DNA of 64,000 bases, taken from positions 101,625-165,624 of the forward strand of contig JBCNVK010000001.1 in the NCBI GenBank assembly GCA_039630245.1, written 5' to 3'. The notes beneath the pieces were generated by a model. The model was given only the letters and a program-made list of their open reading frames with translations. It was not told where the DNA came from and ran no database searches. Every line of letters starts with the position of its first letter. The first letter of the stretch is position 1. The DNA is from Bacteroidia bacterium. GTDB lineage: Bacteria; Bacteroidota; Bacteroidia; SpSt-205. Shown in pieces: positions 42,101-50,052 of this stretch. The position numbers and the translations under genes are program-made.

Positions 42101-43407
42101 GTACTCAAGCCCCTGGATGGGCATTCATCTTGGGCGATCAGCCTAATCTCACGGGCGGATGGTTGAGAGAGGCCGCCGCCAAAGGCTGGTTTACCCGCAA
42201 CCCGCGCTTTACCCTGCCCTTCCAGCAGACCCGTTCTACCCAGCTTAACCTCCGCGCCAACGTAGCTCCAGCCAAAGACCTGCGCTGCGACCTTACCTTT
42301 ACCCGCAACGAAAGCCGCTCCGAAGGCGGCCTTTTCAGCTGGGATACCCTAGATCAAGACTTTGCCTTCAGTAACCGAAACGCCCAAGGCACCTTCAGCA
42401 TGAGTTTTCTTTCGCTGGGTACAGCCTTTGCCGGCAAGCGCGATAAAGGCCTAGACCGCCTGGAAGGCGAATACCGCTACATATTTTCCCAGCGCCTGCG
42501 GCTAGCCAATCCCCTTTATGAAACCGCTCTCGGTCCACATGCTAGACCGACCCGGCGAGATTACTGGAACGGTTACACTGGCTCGCAGCAGGAAGTCGTC
42601 CTCCTAGCCTTCCTCAGCGCCTACGGCCCTTATAATCCTCAGCGCATGGCCCTTTCCCCCTTCCCCCAAATACCTCTTCCCAACTGGAATATCAACTACA
42701 CTGGGCTTACTAACCTAAACTTTTTCCGCGAAAACTTCCGCAGCGCTACGCTCATGCACAGCTACCGCTCCACCTATACGGTGAATTATACCCTCAACCT
42801 GCGCGCTACCGACCTAAATGGGGACGGCCTCTCCGATACACCCCAACGCATTCAGAGCCCGCTAGACTCCTTACCGGGCCTGCCTATCTACAACTTTGAG
42901 CCCCTCTATGTCATAAATGCCGCCAGTATTCAAGAAAGCTTTGCCCCCCTACTCGGCCTAAATCTGGCTTGGAAAAATGGGATGAGCACCGTTATAGAAC
43001 TTCGGCGCTCGCGCACGCTGACCCTAAATGTGGGAGCCCTTCAGCTCAATCAAAGCCGCACCACTGAAATCAGCTTCACTTGGAACTGGCGGCGCGAAAG
43101 CTTTCTACCCCCTTTCAGCCTCTTTGGACGCACCTTTGAACTGCGCAATACCGCTACCTTCCGCTTAGAAGTGTCCTACCGCAGCCTAGTCAATCAGAAC
43201 TATCAACTGGATAATCCGGATTTCATCCAGCCTGTAGGTGGCACGCGCACTTTTACTATTCGGCCCTCGGTGGATTATACGATTAGCGCGCAGCTAACCC
43301 TGCGAGCCTATGTTGAACACACCCGCAATACGCCGGTCCTTTCCAACGCTTTTCCCACCTCCTTCACCGCTATAGGCGTCCAATTCCGCTTCACCCTCAC
43401 TAACTAA
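36199..43407 (+). CDS. sprA: T9SS translocon / gliding-motility protein SprA
   Basis: 2402 aa, with a signal peptide. The N-terminus ...YEVVYELAPDGRGYWVRERVGGRDIRPPSYITREEYERLRQQ is the conserved SprA N-terminus. Very long beta-rich protein of the size typical for SprA. Confidence 0.9.
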   Translation: MRARVGGWLCAVVLVLEGGRVWAQTPDTTRRRFRDSPADAPVRPSPAPPWMLPQPSTYEVVYELAPDGRGYWVRERVGGRDIRPPSYITREEYERLRQQRFIHQYLDRRSREAQLAPGRTPTSPTAQSLSGLIPPINVNSELFRDIFGSGRVDIRPNINVLIDLSLRTNRMRNPALTIRQQRNTNLAFNQQIQMNVLGSIGEKLKLRLNWDTQTSFSFENQFKIEYQGYEDDIIKSIEAGNVGLPLGGTLITGGQNLWGIKTRLQFGPIFVTAIASQQRSKSQEVVVKAGGQRQERVKKASEYDFNRHFFLNHFFRSLYEPSLSTLPVVSSPINITRIEVWVTNRANATTQNNRNVVGLIDLGENVSGRGGRVFNRGLVVTGDYPDNSANDLYARVTRHPGARLRDSVIYYLTQEGLTNGQDFELVENMRRLNENEFFVHRQLGYISLNISLQPNDAVFVAYEYTLAGDNRVYRVGEFSVDQPADPQNSNVLFLKMLKPQAIRPALNNQPYPTWDLMMKNVYRLEAFNIRPEGFELQVLYEATDGSGDVAYLPSPDTRERPLIQVLGLDRLRNNMEAGPDNTFDFIPQITIFPDRGLIFFPVLEPFGRHLVRQFTSDPVNDSIRYAYDPLYRLTQVDAIQYYPQLNRFKLKYSFLSSTGAEINLNTPQIQPGSIQVTAGGAPLTEGVDYQVDYTIGKVTILNQGILQSGQEIRVRFETNQLFGIDQKTLVGSRIEWRPSPRFQLGVTGLSFYERPLINKVIISEEPAANLMWGTDIQLQERSRFISALLNKLPFYSTKEESEITLKGEFAQLLPGIPRQVVAGEEKGIAYIDDFEGLRNTLDLTQWTQWRLASVPPPLLPASNHPRAANFTRAALSWYFIDPEFFNRPSSFGLDDQSPTLNAHYTRRVEPAEVFPNRTIAAGSNILTTFDLYYRPQQRGPYNYNTNPADLRPDGTFRNPARNWAGIMRRVIGNTDFEAANYEFIEFWLMDPFLEDPNASGGDLYFNLGQMSEDVLPDNRRAYEHGLPTNAEDNAANRNLTLTAWGRVPNIQIPTLAFDNNPAARQFQDVGLDGLGNEAERTFFADYLQELQRVLSPEAYQQASNDPSSDDYAHFRDISSSSILERYQRFSGLEGNSPIPRAGEPYTRQASALPDVEDINLDGTLNTQEAYFSYRISLRPADLQLGRNFIVDKREQEVKLPNGRTLTTRWYLFRVPLSAGTPVGGIQNFKAIDFIRLYLTNFDKEVVLRFGKLELVAPTWRRALINLNQRNESQTPEPGTDLTTFETGTVNIEENGSRQPFPYVLPPRILRQPVPGSPVAGILQNEQSLVLRVCNLADGDARGVFRTFNYDLRFYERLRLWAHAEPLVGSPIPPNVNTRGDVTLFIRIGTDYSDNYYEYETPLTLSEPGNSSPENIWANNIDIRLEDLNFVKVLRDQARQSQNFPLTRVFSYVLPNGDRISVRGTPQLNNVKAILIGVRNPDDGRGPICVEVWVNELRVTNYNTQSGWSASGIVNLRLADLGNLSVSGSYGTPWYGSIERKVSQRTTEWTQRYTLTGGLQLHKLLPKALAVEIPAFFTYSENTIRPLYSPYDPDVLTRTRLEAQSNPSARDSLERILTSYTRTYSYTFAGVRKLYRNPRAKKRFWHIQNFAFSYGYNETFSRTPQTEYLINQQYTGSITYNYTFQIKPLRPFGWTKFALLRDFSLTYLPNQIGWKVEGNRQYQEQRLRAVGGGHTVRPTFYQNFLINRQYLLQWNLTPSISLNYNATVQARVDEPEGPINTREKRDSLWRNFLSFGKDPARGRYQRINFGRTLSFQQNITATYRLPFAKIKWTDWISSSITYTADYRWVTAALGQEAFGNTVSNGQNIQLSSQFQLSSLYKKIKFIDRLLAPPPKRNIFSQADSSRRQGDDPYIAMRHIGRTIGRVIFGIQSVDITYSRQRTTTLPGFLPRPANFGLDWEYTDTLTGRRTQAPGWAFILGDQPNLTGGWLREAAAKGWFTRNPRFTLPFQQTRSTQLNLRANVAPAKDLRCDLTFTRNESRSEGGLFSWDTLDQDFAFSNRNAQGTFSMSFLSLGTAFAGKRDKGLDRLEGEYRYIFSQRLRLANPLYETALGPHARPTRRDYWNGYTGSQQEVVLLAFLSAYGPYNPQRMALSPFPQIPLPNWNINYTGLTNLNFFRENFRSATLMHSYRSTYTVNYTLNLRATDLNGDGLSDTPQRIQSPLDSLPGLPIYNFEPLYVINAASIQESFAPLLGLNLAWKNGMSTVIELRRSRTLTLNVGALQLNQSRTTEISFTWNWRRESFLPPFSLFGRTFELRNTATFRLEVSYRSLVNQNYQLDNPDFIQPVGGTRTFTIRPSVDYTISAQLTLRAYVEHTRNTPVLSNAFPTSFTAIGVQFRFTLTN

Positions 43408-43420
43408 GGGCCTGAGGCTT

Positions 43421-44068
43421 TCAGGGAGCAAGGCGGATTTTTTCCCACTGGGTCTCACGCTGGCGGTAGAGGATACGGTCGTGGAGGCGATGCGACCGGC
43501 CCTGCCAGAATTCAATCTGCTCGGCTTTGAGCCGATAGCCGCCCCAGAAAGAGGGACGCGGCACCGGCCCTTCGCCAAAGCGCTTCTGATACTCAGCCCA
43601 GCGGGCCTCAAGCTCGGAGCGTGTGATGGGACGGCTCTGAGGGGAAGCCCACGCCCCCAACTGGCTTGAAAGCGGCCGGCTCTGAAAATAGGCATCCGAA
43701 ACCTCTGGAGGCGCCTTCTCTACAGGGCCTACTATGCGCACCTGCCGCTCCAGCGGCGCCCACCAGAAAACCATAGCCGCATACGGATTGTATGCCAGCT
43801 GCTGCGCCTTAGCACTCTCGTAATTTGTGTAGAAATACAGGTAAGGGGGGGTAAAGCCCTTTAGCAGTACGACGCGAGCATGCGGCTGGCCCAGCCTATC
43901 TACCGTGGCTAAGGTAAAAGCATTTGGCTCAGGCACCTTAGCCGCTATAGCTTCTTCAAGCCAGCGAGCTAAGAGAGTGAAAGGTTCATCGGGCAAAGTA
44001 GCCTCATCGAGCGCGGCCTGACTGTACTCCTGCCGCAGGCGAGCTAAGTCTCTATCCACCATATCCAT
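43421..44068 (-). CDS. pdxH: Pyridoxamine 5'-phosphate oxidase
   Basis: Contains ...PNAFTLATVDRLGQPHARVVLLKGF..., ...WGGYRL... and FWQGR. Confidence 0.85.
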   Translation of the reverse strand: MDMVDRDLARLRQEYSQAALDEATLPDEPFTLLARWLEEAIAAKVPEPNAFTLATVDRLGQPHARVVLLKGFTPPYLYFYTNYESAKAQQLAYNPYAAMVFWWAPLERQVRIVGPVEKAPPEVSDAYFQSRPLSSQLGAWASPQSRPITRSELEARWAEYQKRFGEGPVPRPSFWGGYRLKAEQIEFWQGRSHRLHDRILYRQRETQWEKIRLAP

Positions 44069-45105
44069 TCTTCCGGAATTTCTCGCTCACCCTTTAGGGC
44101 TTTCCTATACTCAGTCAGAAGGTAGGAGGCTACAGGAAACTCAGGAGGCAAATGCCACCATTTAGCCTCGTAGTACAATTGAGAAATGGAAGTTATGGTG
44201 GCCGCCGTGCCCGTACCAAAAATCTCTCGGATGGCTCCGTTAGCTATACCCTCCGTAACCTCGTGAATGGAAATTTCTCGCTCCTCCACCGGCAGACCTA
44301 AGCGAGGCGCTAAGTAGAGTAGGGTAGCCCGAGTAATTCCTGGCAAAATAGTACCGCGCTGAAGCGGCGGCGTAAGTAAGCGCGGTCCTTTCAGGACGAG
44401 GAATACATTCATTGTGCTGAACTCTTCTATCCATTCATGGTGATGGGCATCCAGCCAAAGGGAGACTTGGCAGCCAACGGCATGGGCCTTTTGGCCGCTA
44501 AGGAGCGCGGCGGCGTAGTTGCCAGCCATTTTGATGTTTCCCGTGCCGCCCGGTGCAGCCCGCACCATCTCTTTCTCTACATAGGCGGCGATGGGCCCGC
44601 TATAGTAAGCGCCTACTGGGGCTAAGTAGATGAGAAGGAGGTGGCTCTCAGAGGCACGTACCCCCAGCCATGGGTCAGTGGCAAAGTACACCGGCCGCAC
44701 ATACAAGCCTTGGGCGAGGTGGGGTGGCAGAAGGTCGCGCTCTAGGTCCAGCAGGGCCTTTAGAAGGCCAGTGAAAAGCTCATATGGCACCTCAGGCATG
44801 ACCAGGCGACGGGCTGAGCTATTGAGGCGCTGCCAGTGATCCCTCAGGCGAAAAACAAAGGCACGTCCACTGGGATGCCGGTAAGCCTTGAAGCCCTCAA
44901 AGAGGGCCTGGCCATAATGCAGCGCTGAGGTGCCTGGATGAAGGGCTAAGGGCTGAAGCGGCTGCACCCGAAAGCTATGCCAGTGGCCCCCGCTGTACTC
45001 CGCCACCGCCATATGTCGGCTGAAAATGCGCCCGAAAGGCAGGTTGTCCCAAGGTATCGCCTCCGAGCGCGGTGGTGCGGTTTCTATAGAAATAGAAATC
45101 TTCAT
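44044..45105 (-). CDS. ilvE: Branched-chain amino-acid aminotransferase
   Basis: Start refined to the internal ATG, overlapping the upstream stop by ATGA. Contains ...FSRHMAVAEY.G.W......YGQALFEGFKAYR... and a fold-IV PLP region. Confidence 0.85.
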   Translation of the reverse strand: MKISISIETAPPRSEAIPWDNLPFGRIFSRHMAVAEYSGGHWHSFRVQPLQPLALHPGTSALHYGQALFEGFKAYRHPSGRAFVFRLRDHWQRLNSSARRLVMPEVPYELFTGLLKALLDLERDLLPPHLAQGLYVRPVYFATDPWLGVRASESHLLLIYLAPVGAYYSGPIAAYVEKEMVRAAPGGTGNIKMAGNYAAALLSGQKAHAVGCQVSLWLDAHHHEWIEEFSTMNVFLVLKGPRLLTPPLQRGTILPGITRATLLYLAPRLGLPVEEREISIHEVTEGIANGAIREIFGTGTAATITSISQLYYEAKWWHLPPEFPVASYLLTEYRKALKGEREIPEEWIWWIET

Positions 45106-46304
45106 AGGCTGACGGATTGCGGCACAGAGCGGGCTGGGCGCTGCCACAGCTGATAAAGCTCCGTGCCTCGAATCACCTGCCACAGCCCTACCAGCTGCGC
45201 CACATGCGCCAGTATAAAGTAGCCTGGCAGAAAAAGCCAGCGCCCCAGCCAGCGAGTAGGCAGCAAGCCGCTATAAAGAAGAAGCGCTTGGACGCTGGCT
45301 CCTCCTACCCCTACCACCCCCAACGCATACCCTAATTTACCCTGCAGCATACATGCCAGCGCCGCCAAGCCTATACCAAATAGCGCCATGGGCGCTATAA
45401 GATAGCGAAAGAACTTATGCGAAAGGAAGAAAAAGGTAAAGCACCCTCGCTGAATTAGGGCTGGGAGCGAGAGTACGTAGGGCAGCGTATGCCAGGCGGT
45501 GTAGGCGATGCGCACTTTTCGGGCAAATTCGGCCCGTGGGTTAGGTGAGGGGATTTCATAGGCTATGGCTTCTGGTTCAAGCAGCACTTTCCATCCCTTC
45601 CAGCCCGCTATTAGGTTGAGGTAGAGGTCGTCCCCCACTTTCTCGGGGAGCTCTTCCCAGACGACGCGCCGCAGGAGGAGGAAGCCACCGCCTAGCCCCA
45701 GCGCACAGCCCCAAAGGCTTTCCCATGCGCGCAACCGATTTTCGTACGCTAGGTAAGTCTGCTCCGCTCCGCCTACGGTAGCTGTGCGTGCGGCCGATTG
45801 CACCGAACGGCTACCGCCTACGATACCCACCTCGGGATCGGCCAGCATTTTCGCCATAGCTTTACGCAACGACTGGGGCGCCAACGGCGTATCCGCATCG
45901 GTAAGCAGCACATAGCTTGTATCCACCCACTGGCGCGCCTGATTGAGAGCATAATTTTTTCCTCTATGGGGCACAAGCCGGTATTCGGCTTCTGGATAGG
46001 CCTGCAGAGCGGCCAAGGTAGGCTCTAAACTCTCATCCTCGGCATGGGTAGAGATAACCCACAGTAGGCGAAGTCTGTCCTTAGGGTAGTCTAATTGGCG
46101 CAGCGACTCCATCTTAGGACGGACGGAATGGGCTTCCCGATAAGCCGGAATAACAACCGTAACCGGTGGTAGCTCAGCAGGGTTTTCAGACACCTTTAGG
46201 GGCCGTCGAAAAGCCGCGCTTACCCACAACCCCAACGGATACAGCGCGTACGGATAGAGCAGAAGGATGACCCCTACCCAAAAAGCTATCTCCCAGCTAT
46301 TCAC
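45102..46304 (-). CDS. Membrane glycosyltransferase family 2 (cellulose-synthase-like)
   Basis: N-terminal TM, ...VTVVIPAYRE..., a DxD region, and C-terminal TM helices. Confidence 0.7.
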   Translation of the reverse strand: MNSWEIAFWVGVILLLYPYALYPLGLWVSAAFRRPLKVSENPAELPPVTVVIPAYREAHSVRPKMESLRQLDYPKDRLRLLWVISTHAEDESLEPTLAALQAYPEAEYRLVPHRGKNYALNQARQWVDTSYVLLTDADTPLAPQSLRKAMAKMLADPEVGIVGGSRSVQSAARTATVGGAEQTYLAYENRLRAWESLWGCALGLGGGFLLLRRVVWEELPEKVGDDLYLNLIAGWKGWKVLLEPEAIAYEIPSPNPRAEFARKVRIAYTAWHTLPYVLSLPALIQRGCFTFFFLSHKFFRYLIAPMALFGIGLAALACMLQGKLGYALGVVGVGGASVQALLLYSGLLPTRWLGRWLFLPGYFILAHVAQLVGLWQVIRGTELYQLWQRPARSVPQSVSL

Positions 46305-46345
46305 TTAGCAAAGGTAAGGCCCAAGCTTTTTTGTAACCTTGCCTT

Positions 46346-46621
46346 ATGAAACCTTCTAAAGCACGGCTTGTTTGGAGCTCGGACCGCCGTAGCTGGGTCC
46401 TGAAGGTTATCGTACGCCGGCTAGGAGGCGGCAAGGAGCGCACCGAAATCACAGGGTTTTTAGGGGACTCTAAAGAGCTGGAGGCCTTAGCCAAAGCCTT
46501 GCGGCAGCACTGCGCCACAGGAGGAAGCGTCAGCGAAGGCACCATTCTTCTCCAGGGCAATTGTGCCGAAAAGGCGGCTAACTTCCTAGCCAGCCAAGGA
46601 TACAACGTACGCCGCAGCTAA
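46346..46621 (+). CDS. SUI1/YciH-family translation initiation factor
   Basis: About 90 aa. ...TGGSVSEGTILLQGN... is typical of the SUI1 domain. Confidence 0.75.
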   Translation: MKPSKARLVWSSDRRSWVLKVIVRRLGGGKERTEITGFLGDSKELEALAKALRQHCATGGSVSEGTILLQGNCAEKAANFLASQGYNVRRS

Positions 46622-47262
46622 AGGCCAATCATCCGGAAAAATCTATCGCGCACAGGGTCTTGTTCAAAAGCCCCAGACAAAACATAAGTAAGCGTGCGTG
46701 AAGCATCATCCTGAATGCCGCGCAGGGCTATGCAGTAATGCTTGGCATCTATTACTACCGCTACGTCGGGCGTCTGAAGCTTATCCTGGAGAAAGTCGGC
46801 AATCTGCTGGGTGAGCCGCTCTTGCAACTGAGGCCGCCGAGCAAAGTAATCTACAATTCGGTTGAGCTTAGAGAGCCCTATTACAAAAGCGCGCGGGATA
46901 TAGGCCACATGAGCCACCCCAATAATTGGAACAAAGTGATGTTCGCATACCGAGCGCACACGAATGCCCTTCTGCACTACCATTTGGCCGTAGCCGTAGG
47001 TATTCGGAAAGAGGCGCACCTTGGGGGCATTCGCTGGATCAAGCCCTCGAAAGAGCTCACGCACGTACATCTTTGCCACCCGGGCTGGGGTATCCCGCAA
47101 ACTAGGATCCGTGAGATCCAGCCCCAGCAGGCGCATAATAGCTGCAAAATGGTCAGCGATAGCAGCCTCCTGTTCGGTAAGAGGGCTTGCCTCTTCAGGG
47201 AAGAGTACACATACCTCTTCCTCGGTGCAGCAGGTTGTTCGTAGCTCAGGTGTATTCGCCAT
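46618..47262 (-). CDS. folE: GTP cyclohydrolase I
   Basis: Start refined to the internal ATG (MANTPEL...). Contains ...SVCEHHFVPIIGVAHVAYIP......RRPQLQERLTQQIA..., which aligns to E. coli FolE. Confidence 0.88.
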   Translation of the reverse strand: MANTPELRTTCCTEEEVCVLFPEEASPLTEQEAAIADHFAAIMRLLGLDLTDPSLRDTPARVAKMYVRELFRGLDPANAPKVRLFPNTYGYGQMVVQKGIRVRSVCEHHFVPIIGVAHVAYIPRAFVIGLSKLNRIVDYFARRPQLQERLTQQIADFLQDKLQTPDVAVVIDAKHYCIALRGIQDDASRTLTYVLSGAFEQDPVRDRFFRMIGL

Positions 47263-47671
47263 AATATTCAAAACAATTTCTAGGGGTCTCCCAGAGCCGC
47301 AGGCGTACAAGCTCTACGCCGGGTGGGAGAAGGGCGGCGATTTCCTTCCATAAGGCCACGATGAGATTTTCTGACGAGGGAATGTACCCTTTCAAAAAAG
47401 GCACGTCGGTATTGAGGTTGCGGTGGTCCAGCTGGCTAATCACATGCGCTTCAATCGCTTTTCGGAGTGAGGTGATATCTATAACATAGCCCGTGTCGGG
47501 GTTTGGGGAGCCAGCCACTACGACTTCCAGCTCGTAGTTATGGCCGTGGCCAGAAGGGTGGCTGCATGGACCGAAAACTTCAGCGTTTTTCTCATCACTC
47601 CAGGCGGGGTTATACACCCTGTGGGCGGCGGAGAAGTGAAATCGCCGGGCTACATACACGCGTGGAGCCAT
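47246..47671 (-). CDS. queD: 6-carboxy-5,6,7,8-tetrahydropterin synthase / 6-pyruvoyl-tetrahydropterin synthase family
   Basis: Contains ...FHFSAAHRV......GPCSHPSGHGHNYELEV..., the Cys...HGH zinc/catalytic motif. Confidence 0.85.
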   Translation of the reverse strand: MAPRVYVARRFHFSAAHRVYNPAWSDEKNAEVFGPCSHPSGHGHNYELEVVVAGSPNPDTGYVIDITSLRKAIEAHVISQLDHRNLNTDVPFLKGYIPSSENLIVALWKEIAALLPPGVELVRLRLWETPRNCFEYYGEYT

Positions 47672-47674
47672 AGG

Positions 47675-48154
47675 CTATACCGATGAGGCTGGAAGGCGCG
47701 GCCAAAGAAAGCCCAAGAGAAGCCAGACCGCCGTTATAGCCAGAGAAGCCCAGGCAAAAAGAGGCGCCCAGGCATGCGTCCAGAGAAAGCCTACTTCACT
47801 CAGGAGGGGTGGAGGCTGGAGCGGACGGGAGGCTAAACGGAAACCCTCGCCTAGGCCCCATGTAGCAAAGCTAACGGCGCTAAGGGCCGCTAGGCTATTC
47901 CAGCGAGGGGTCTGGCCGTGGGGTCCGCCTAAGGCCAACCAGGCCCAGAGGAGCAGAATGCCAGTGCCATATACAGCCCACTGAAAGGCCCAAAGGTAAG
48001 TAGCGCCCTGCCACCCATACCACAGCCCTAAGCCCAAAAATAAAAGCCAACTACCCCCCAGTGCCCCCGCCACCGTGCGCCGAGTCAAGAGGTAAAGTAA
48101 AAGACTCCCCAAAACGATGTACCAAAGTAGCTCTATCGCGCGTAGCGTAAGCAT
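47675..48154 (-). CDS. Small polytopic membrane protein, weakly NuoJ-like
   Basis: Four or five TM helices. ...QWAVYGTGILLLWAWL... loosely resembles the NuoJ ...EIIVYAGAIMVLF... segment. Sits directly downstream of the nuoI-like gene; the 104-nt overlap with that gene suggests its start is mis-set. Confidence 0.35.
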   Translation of the reverse strand: MLTLRAIELLWYIVLGSLLLYLLTRRTVAGALGGSWLLFLGLGLWYGWQGATYLWAFQWAVYGTGILLLWAWLALGGPHGQTPRWNSLAALSAVSFATWGLGEGFRLASRPLQPPPLLSEVGFLWTHAWAPLFAWASLAITAVWLLLGFLWPRLPASSV

Positions 48155-48557
48155 AGTCGGGCACCATGAAGATACAATCTGTGGGACAAACTATAGTGCA
48201 GAGCCCGCAAAAGCAGCACAGCGCATGGTCAATATCAAAGCGGGGCAGAGCAAAACGGCGCGGCGCCCCCGTGGAAGTATAGCCCAAAACCGTAGGCGAC
48301 TTATGCTTCTCTATGGTAATGCAACCTACTGGACAAATCCGGGCACAGCGGTCGCAGCCGATACAATCCTCTATAACTACCTCTAAGCGGTAATGGCCGT
48401 TTTCGGGAAGCGGGAGATGGGCCTGAGGGTAAGGCACCGTTATAGGCCCGCCCGGCAGCTCATTCAGCGCCTGAGCCTGGAGCGGATAGCGCCGCCGATG
48501 ACGCCAGCCCAGAAAAAGGTGGCGGATAGCTAACCCTAAGGCCTTTAGCAGACTCAC
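48051..48557 (-). CDS. NuoI-like 2x[4Fe-4S] ferredoxin (complex I subunit I family)
   Basis: ...TVPYPQAHLPLPENGHYRL... followed by CIGCDRCARICP and CCFCGLCTIVCP. Aligns to NuoI across its length. Confidence 0.7.
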   Translation of the reverse strand: MSLLKALGLAIRHLFLGWRHRRRYPLQAQALNELPGGPITVPYPQAHLPLPENGHYRLEVVIEDCIGCDRCARICPVGCITIEKHKSPTVLGYTSTGAPRRFALPRFDIDHALCCFCGLCTIVCPTDCIFMVPDYAYATRDRATLVHRFGESFTLPLDSAHGGGGTGG

Positions 48558-48588
48558 CGAATTACAAAACTAAAATCGCGGCGTATTT

Positions 48589-50052
48589 TTGCTCATGGCC
48601 CGCGAGATTCCGCTAGCCCTTACGTACGATGATGTGTTGCTTGTACCGGCGTATTCGGAAGTCCTTCCCGACGAGGTAGATATAAGTACTTCGCTCACAC
48701 CGACTTTTCATCTGCCTCTGCCTATCCTAAGCGCAGCGATGGACACCGTGACGGAATACCAAATGGCTATAGCTATGGCTAGCGCTGGCGGACTGGGGGT
48801 GATTCACCGAAACCTCTCCCCAGCGGAGCAGGCGGAGCAAGTGCGGCGGGTCAAGCGCTACGAGAGCGGCCTGATTGTAGATCCGATTACGCTACCGCCT
48901 ACTGCCCCCGTACGCGAAGCCTTCCAACTGATGCAGGAGCACCGAATCGGTGGTATCCCGATTGTAGAAGCGGATCGGCGGCTTGTAGGGATTCTGACGA
49001 ATCGGGACATTCGCTTTGCCAAGCCAGATGATACGCCGGTCTCAGCCTACATGACCCCTATGCCGCTTATTACTGCGCCTGAGAATACTACCTTAGAAGC
49101 GGCGGAAGCTATCTTACGCCAGCATCGGGTGGAGAAGTTACCCCTTGTAGATAAAGCGGGGCGGCTAACGGGCCTTATTACCTACAAGGATATTCTGCGG
49201 CGTCGCACTTACCCTAACGCTTGTAAGGACAGCTTAGGTCGGTTGCGAGTGGCAGCAGCAATCGGCACGGGCGAGGAAGCGCTCAAGCGGGCCGACGCCC
49301 TTGTCCAAGCCGGGGCAGATATGCTCGTGATAGATACGGCCCACGGCCATAGCCGACGGGTTTTAGATACTCTCACGGCGCTTCGCCAGAAATACCCTCA
49401 CCTGCCCCTTATGGCGGGCAATATCGCCACCGCGGAAGCCGCTGAAGACCTTATTCAAGCCGGGGCCGATGTCCTGAAAGTAGGGGTAGGGCCTGGGAGC
49501 ATTTGCACCACGCGGGTAATCTCAGGGGTAGGTATGCCGCAGCTCTCTGCCATTTTCGCCGTGAGCGAAGTAGCCCGTCCAATGGGTGTAGGCGTAGTGG
49601 CAGATGGAGGTATCCGCTACAGCGGGGATATCACGAAGGCTCTAGCCGCTGGCGCCGACGCGGTAATGCTGGGCAACCTTCTAGCCGGCACCGAAGAAAG
49701 TCCGGGCGAAACTGTACTTTACGAAGGCCGCAAATTCAAAGTGTATAGGGGTATGGGTTCGTTAGAAGCGATGCGAGCTGGGGGTGCGGAGCGCTATGGC
49801 CAGCAGGCAGTCCCTTCTAGTAAGTTAGTACCCGAAGGGGTAGTAGGGCGCGTGCCGTATCGCGGTCAGGTAGCTGAGGTTTTGCACCAGCTGGCAGGAG
49901 GCCTGCGGGCTGGTATGGGATATTGCGGTGCCCCCAACCTAGCCGCCCTCCGCAAGGCCCAGTTTGTTCGCATCAGTCCTGCTGGCCTCACTGAAAGCCA
50001 TCCCCACACCTTGGAAATTATACACGAAGCGCCCAATTACAACCTTCCTTGA
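48589..50052 (+). CDS. guaB: IMP dehydrogenase
   Basis: ...[10 protein letters not shown]..., a CBS pair, and the catalytic loop [11 protein letters not shown]. Confidence 0.92.
   Translation: MLMAREIPLALTYDDVLLVPAYSEVLPDEVDISTSLTPTFHLPLPILSAAMDTVTEYQMAIAMASAGGLGVIHRNLSPAEQAEQVRRVKRYESGLIVDPITLPPTAPVREAFQLMQEHRIGGIPIVEADRRLVGILTNRDIRFAKPDDTPVSAYMTPMPLITAPENTTLEAAEAILRQHRVEKLPLVDKAGRLTGLITYKDILRRRTYPNACKDSLGRLRVAAAIGTGEEALKRADALVQAGADMLVIDTAHGHSRRVLDTLTALRQKYPHLPLMAGNIATAEAAEDLIQAGADVLKVGVGPGSICTTRVISGVGMPQLSAIFAVSEVARPMGVGVVADGGIRYSGDITKALAAGADAVMLGNLLAGTEESPGETVLYEGRKFKVYRGMGSLEAMRAGGAERYGQQAVPSSKLVPEGVVGRVPYRGQVAEVLHQLAGGLRAGMGYCGAPNLAALRKAQFVRISPAGLTESHPHTLEIIHEAPNYNLP

Noticed and set aside
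36988-42108. Numerous 60-130-aa ORFs on both strands inside sprA (e.g. 38161-38529, 39793-40176, 40967-41344)
   Set aside because: They are nested in a strongly supported 2402-aa gene and have no recognisable motifs. Their frequency is what is expected by chance at this GC content.
46977-47353. Overlapping antisense and alternate-frame ORFs across folE/queD (46738-47244 plus, 46977-47210 minus, 47021-47353 plus)
   Set aside because: They lie within or opposite two confidently identified enzyme genes and have no motifs. They are treated as noise.
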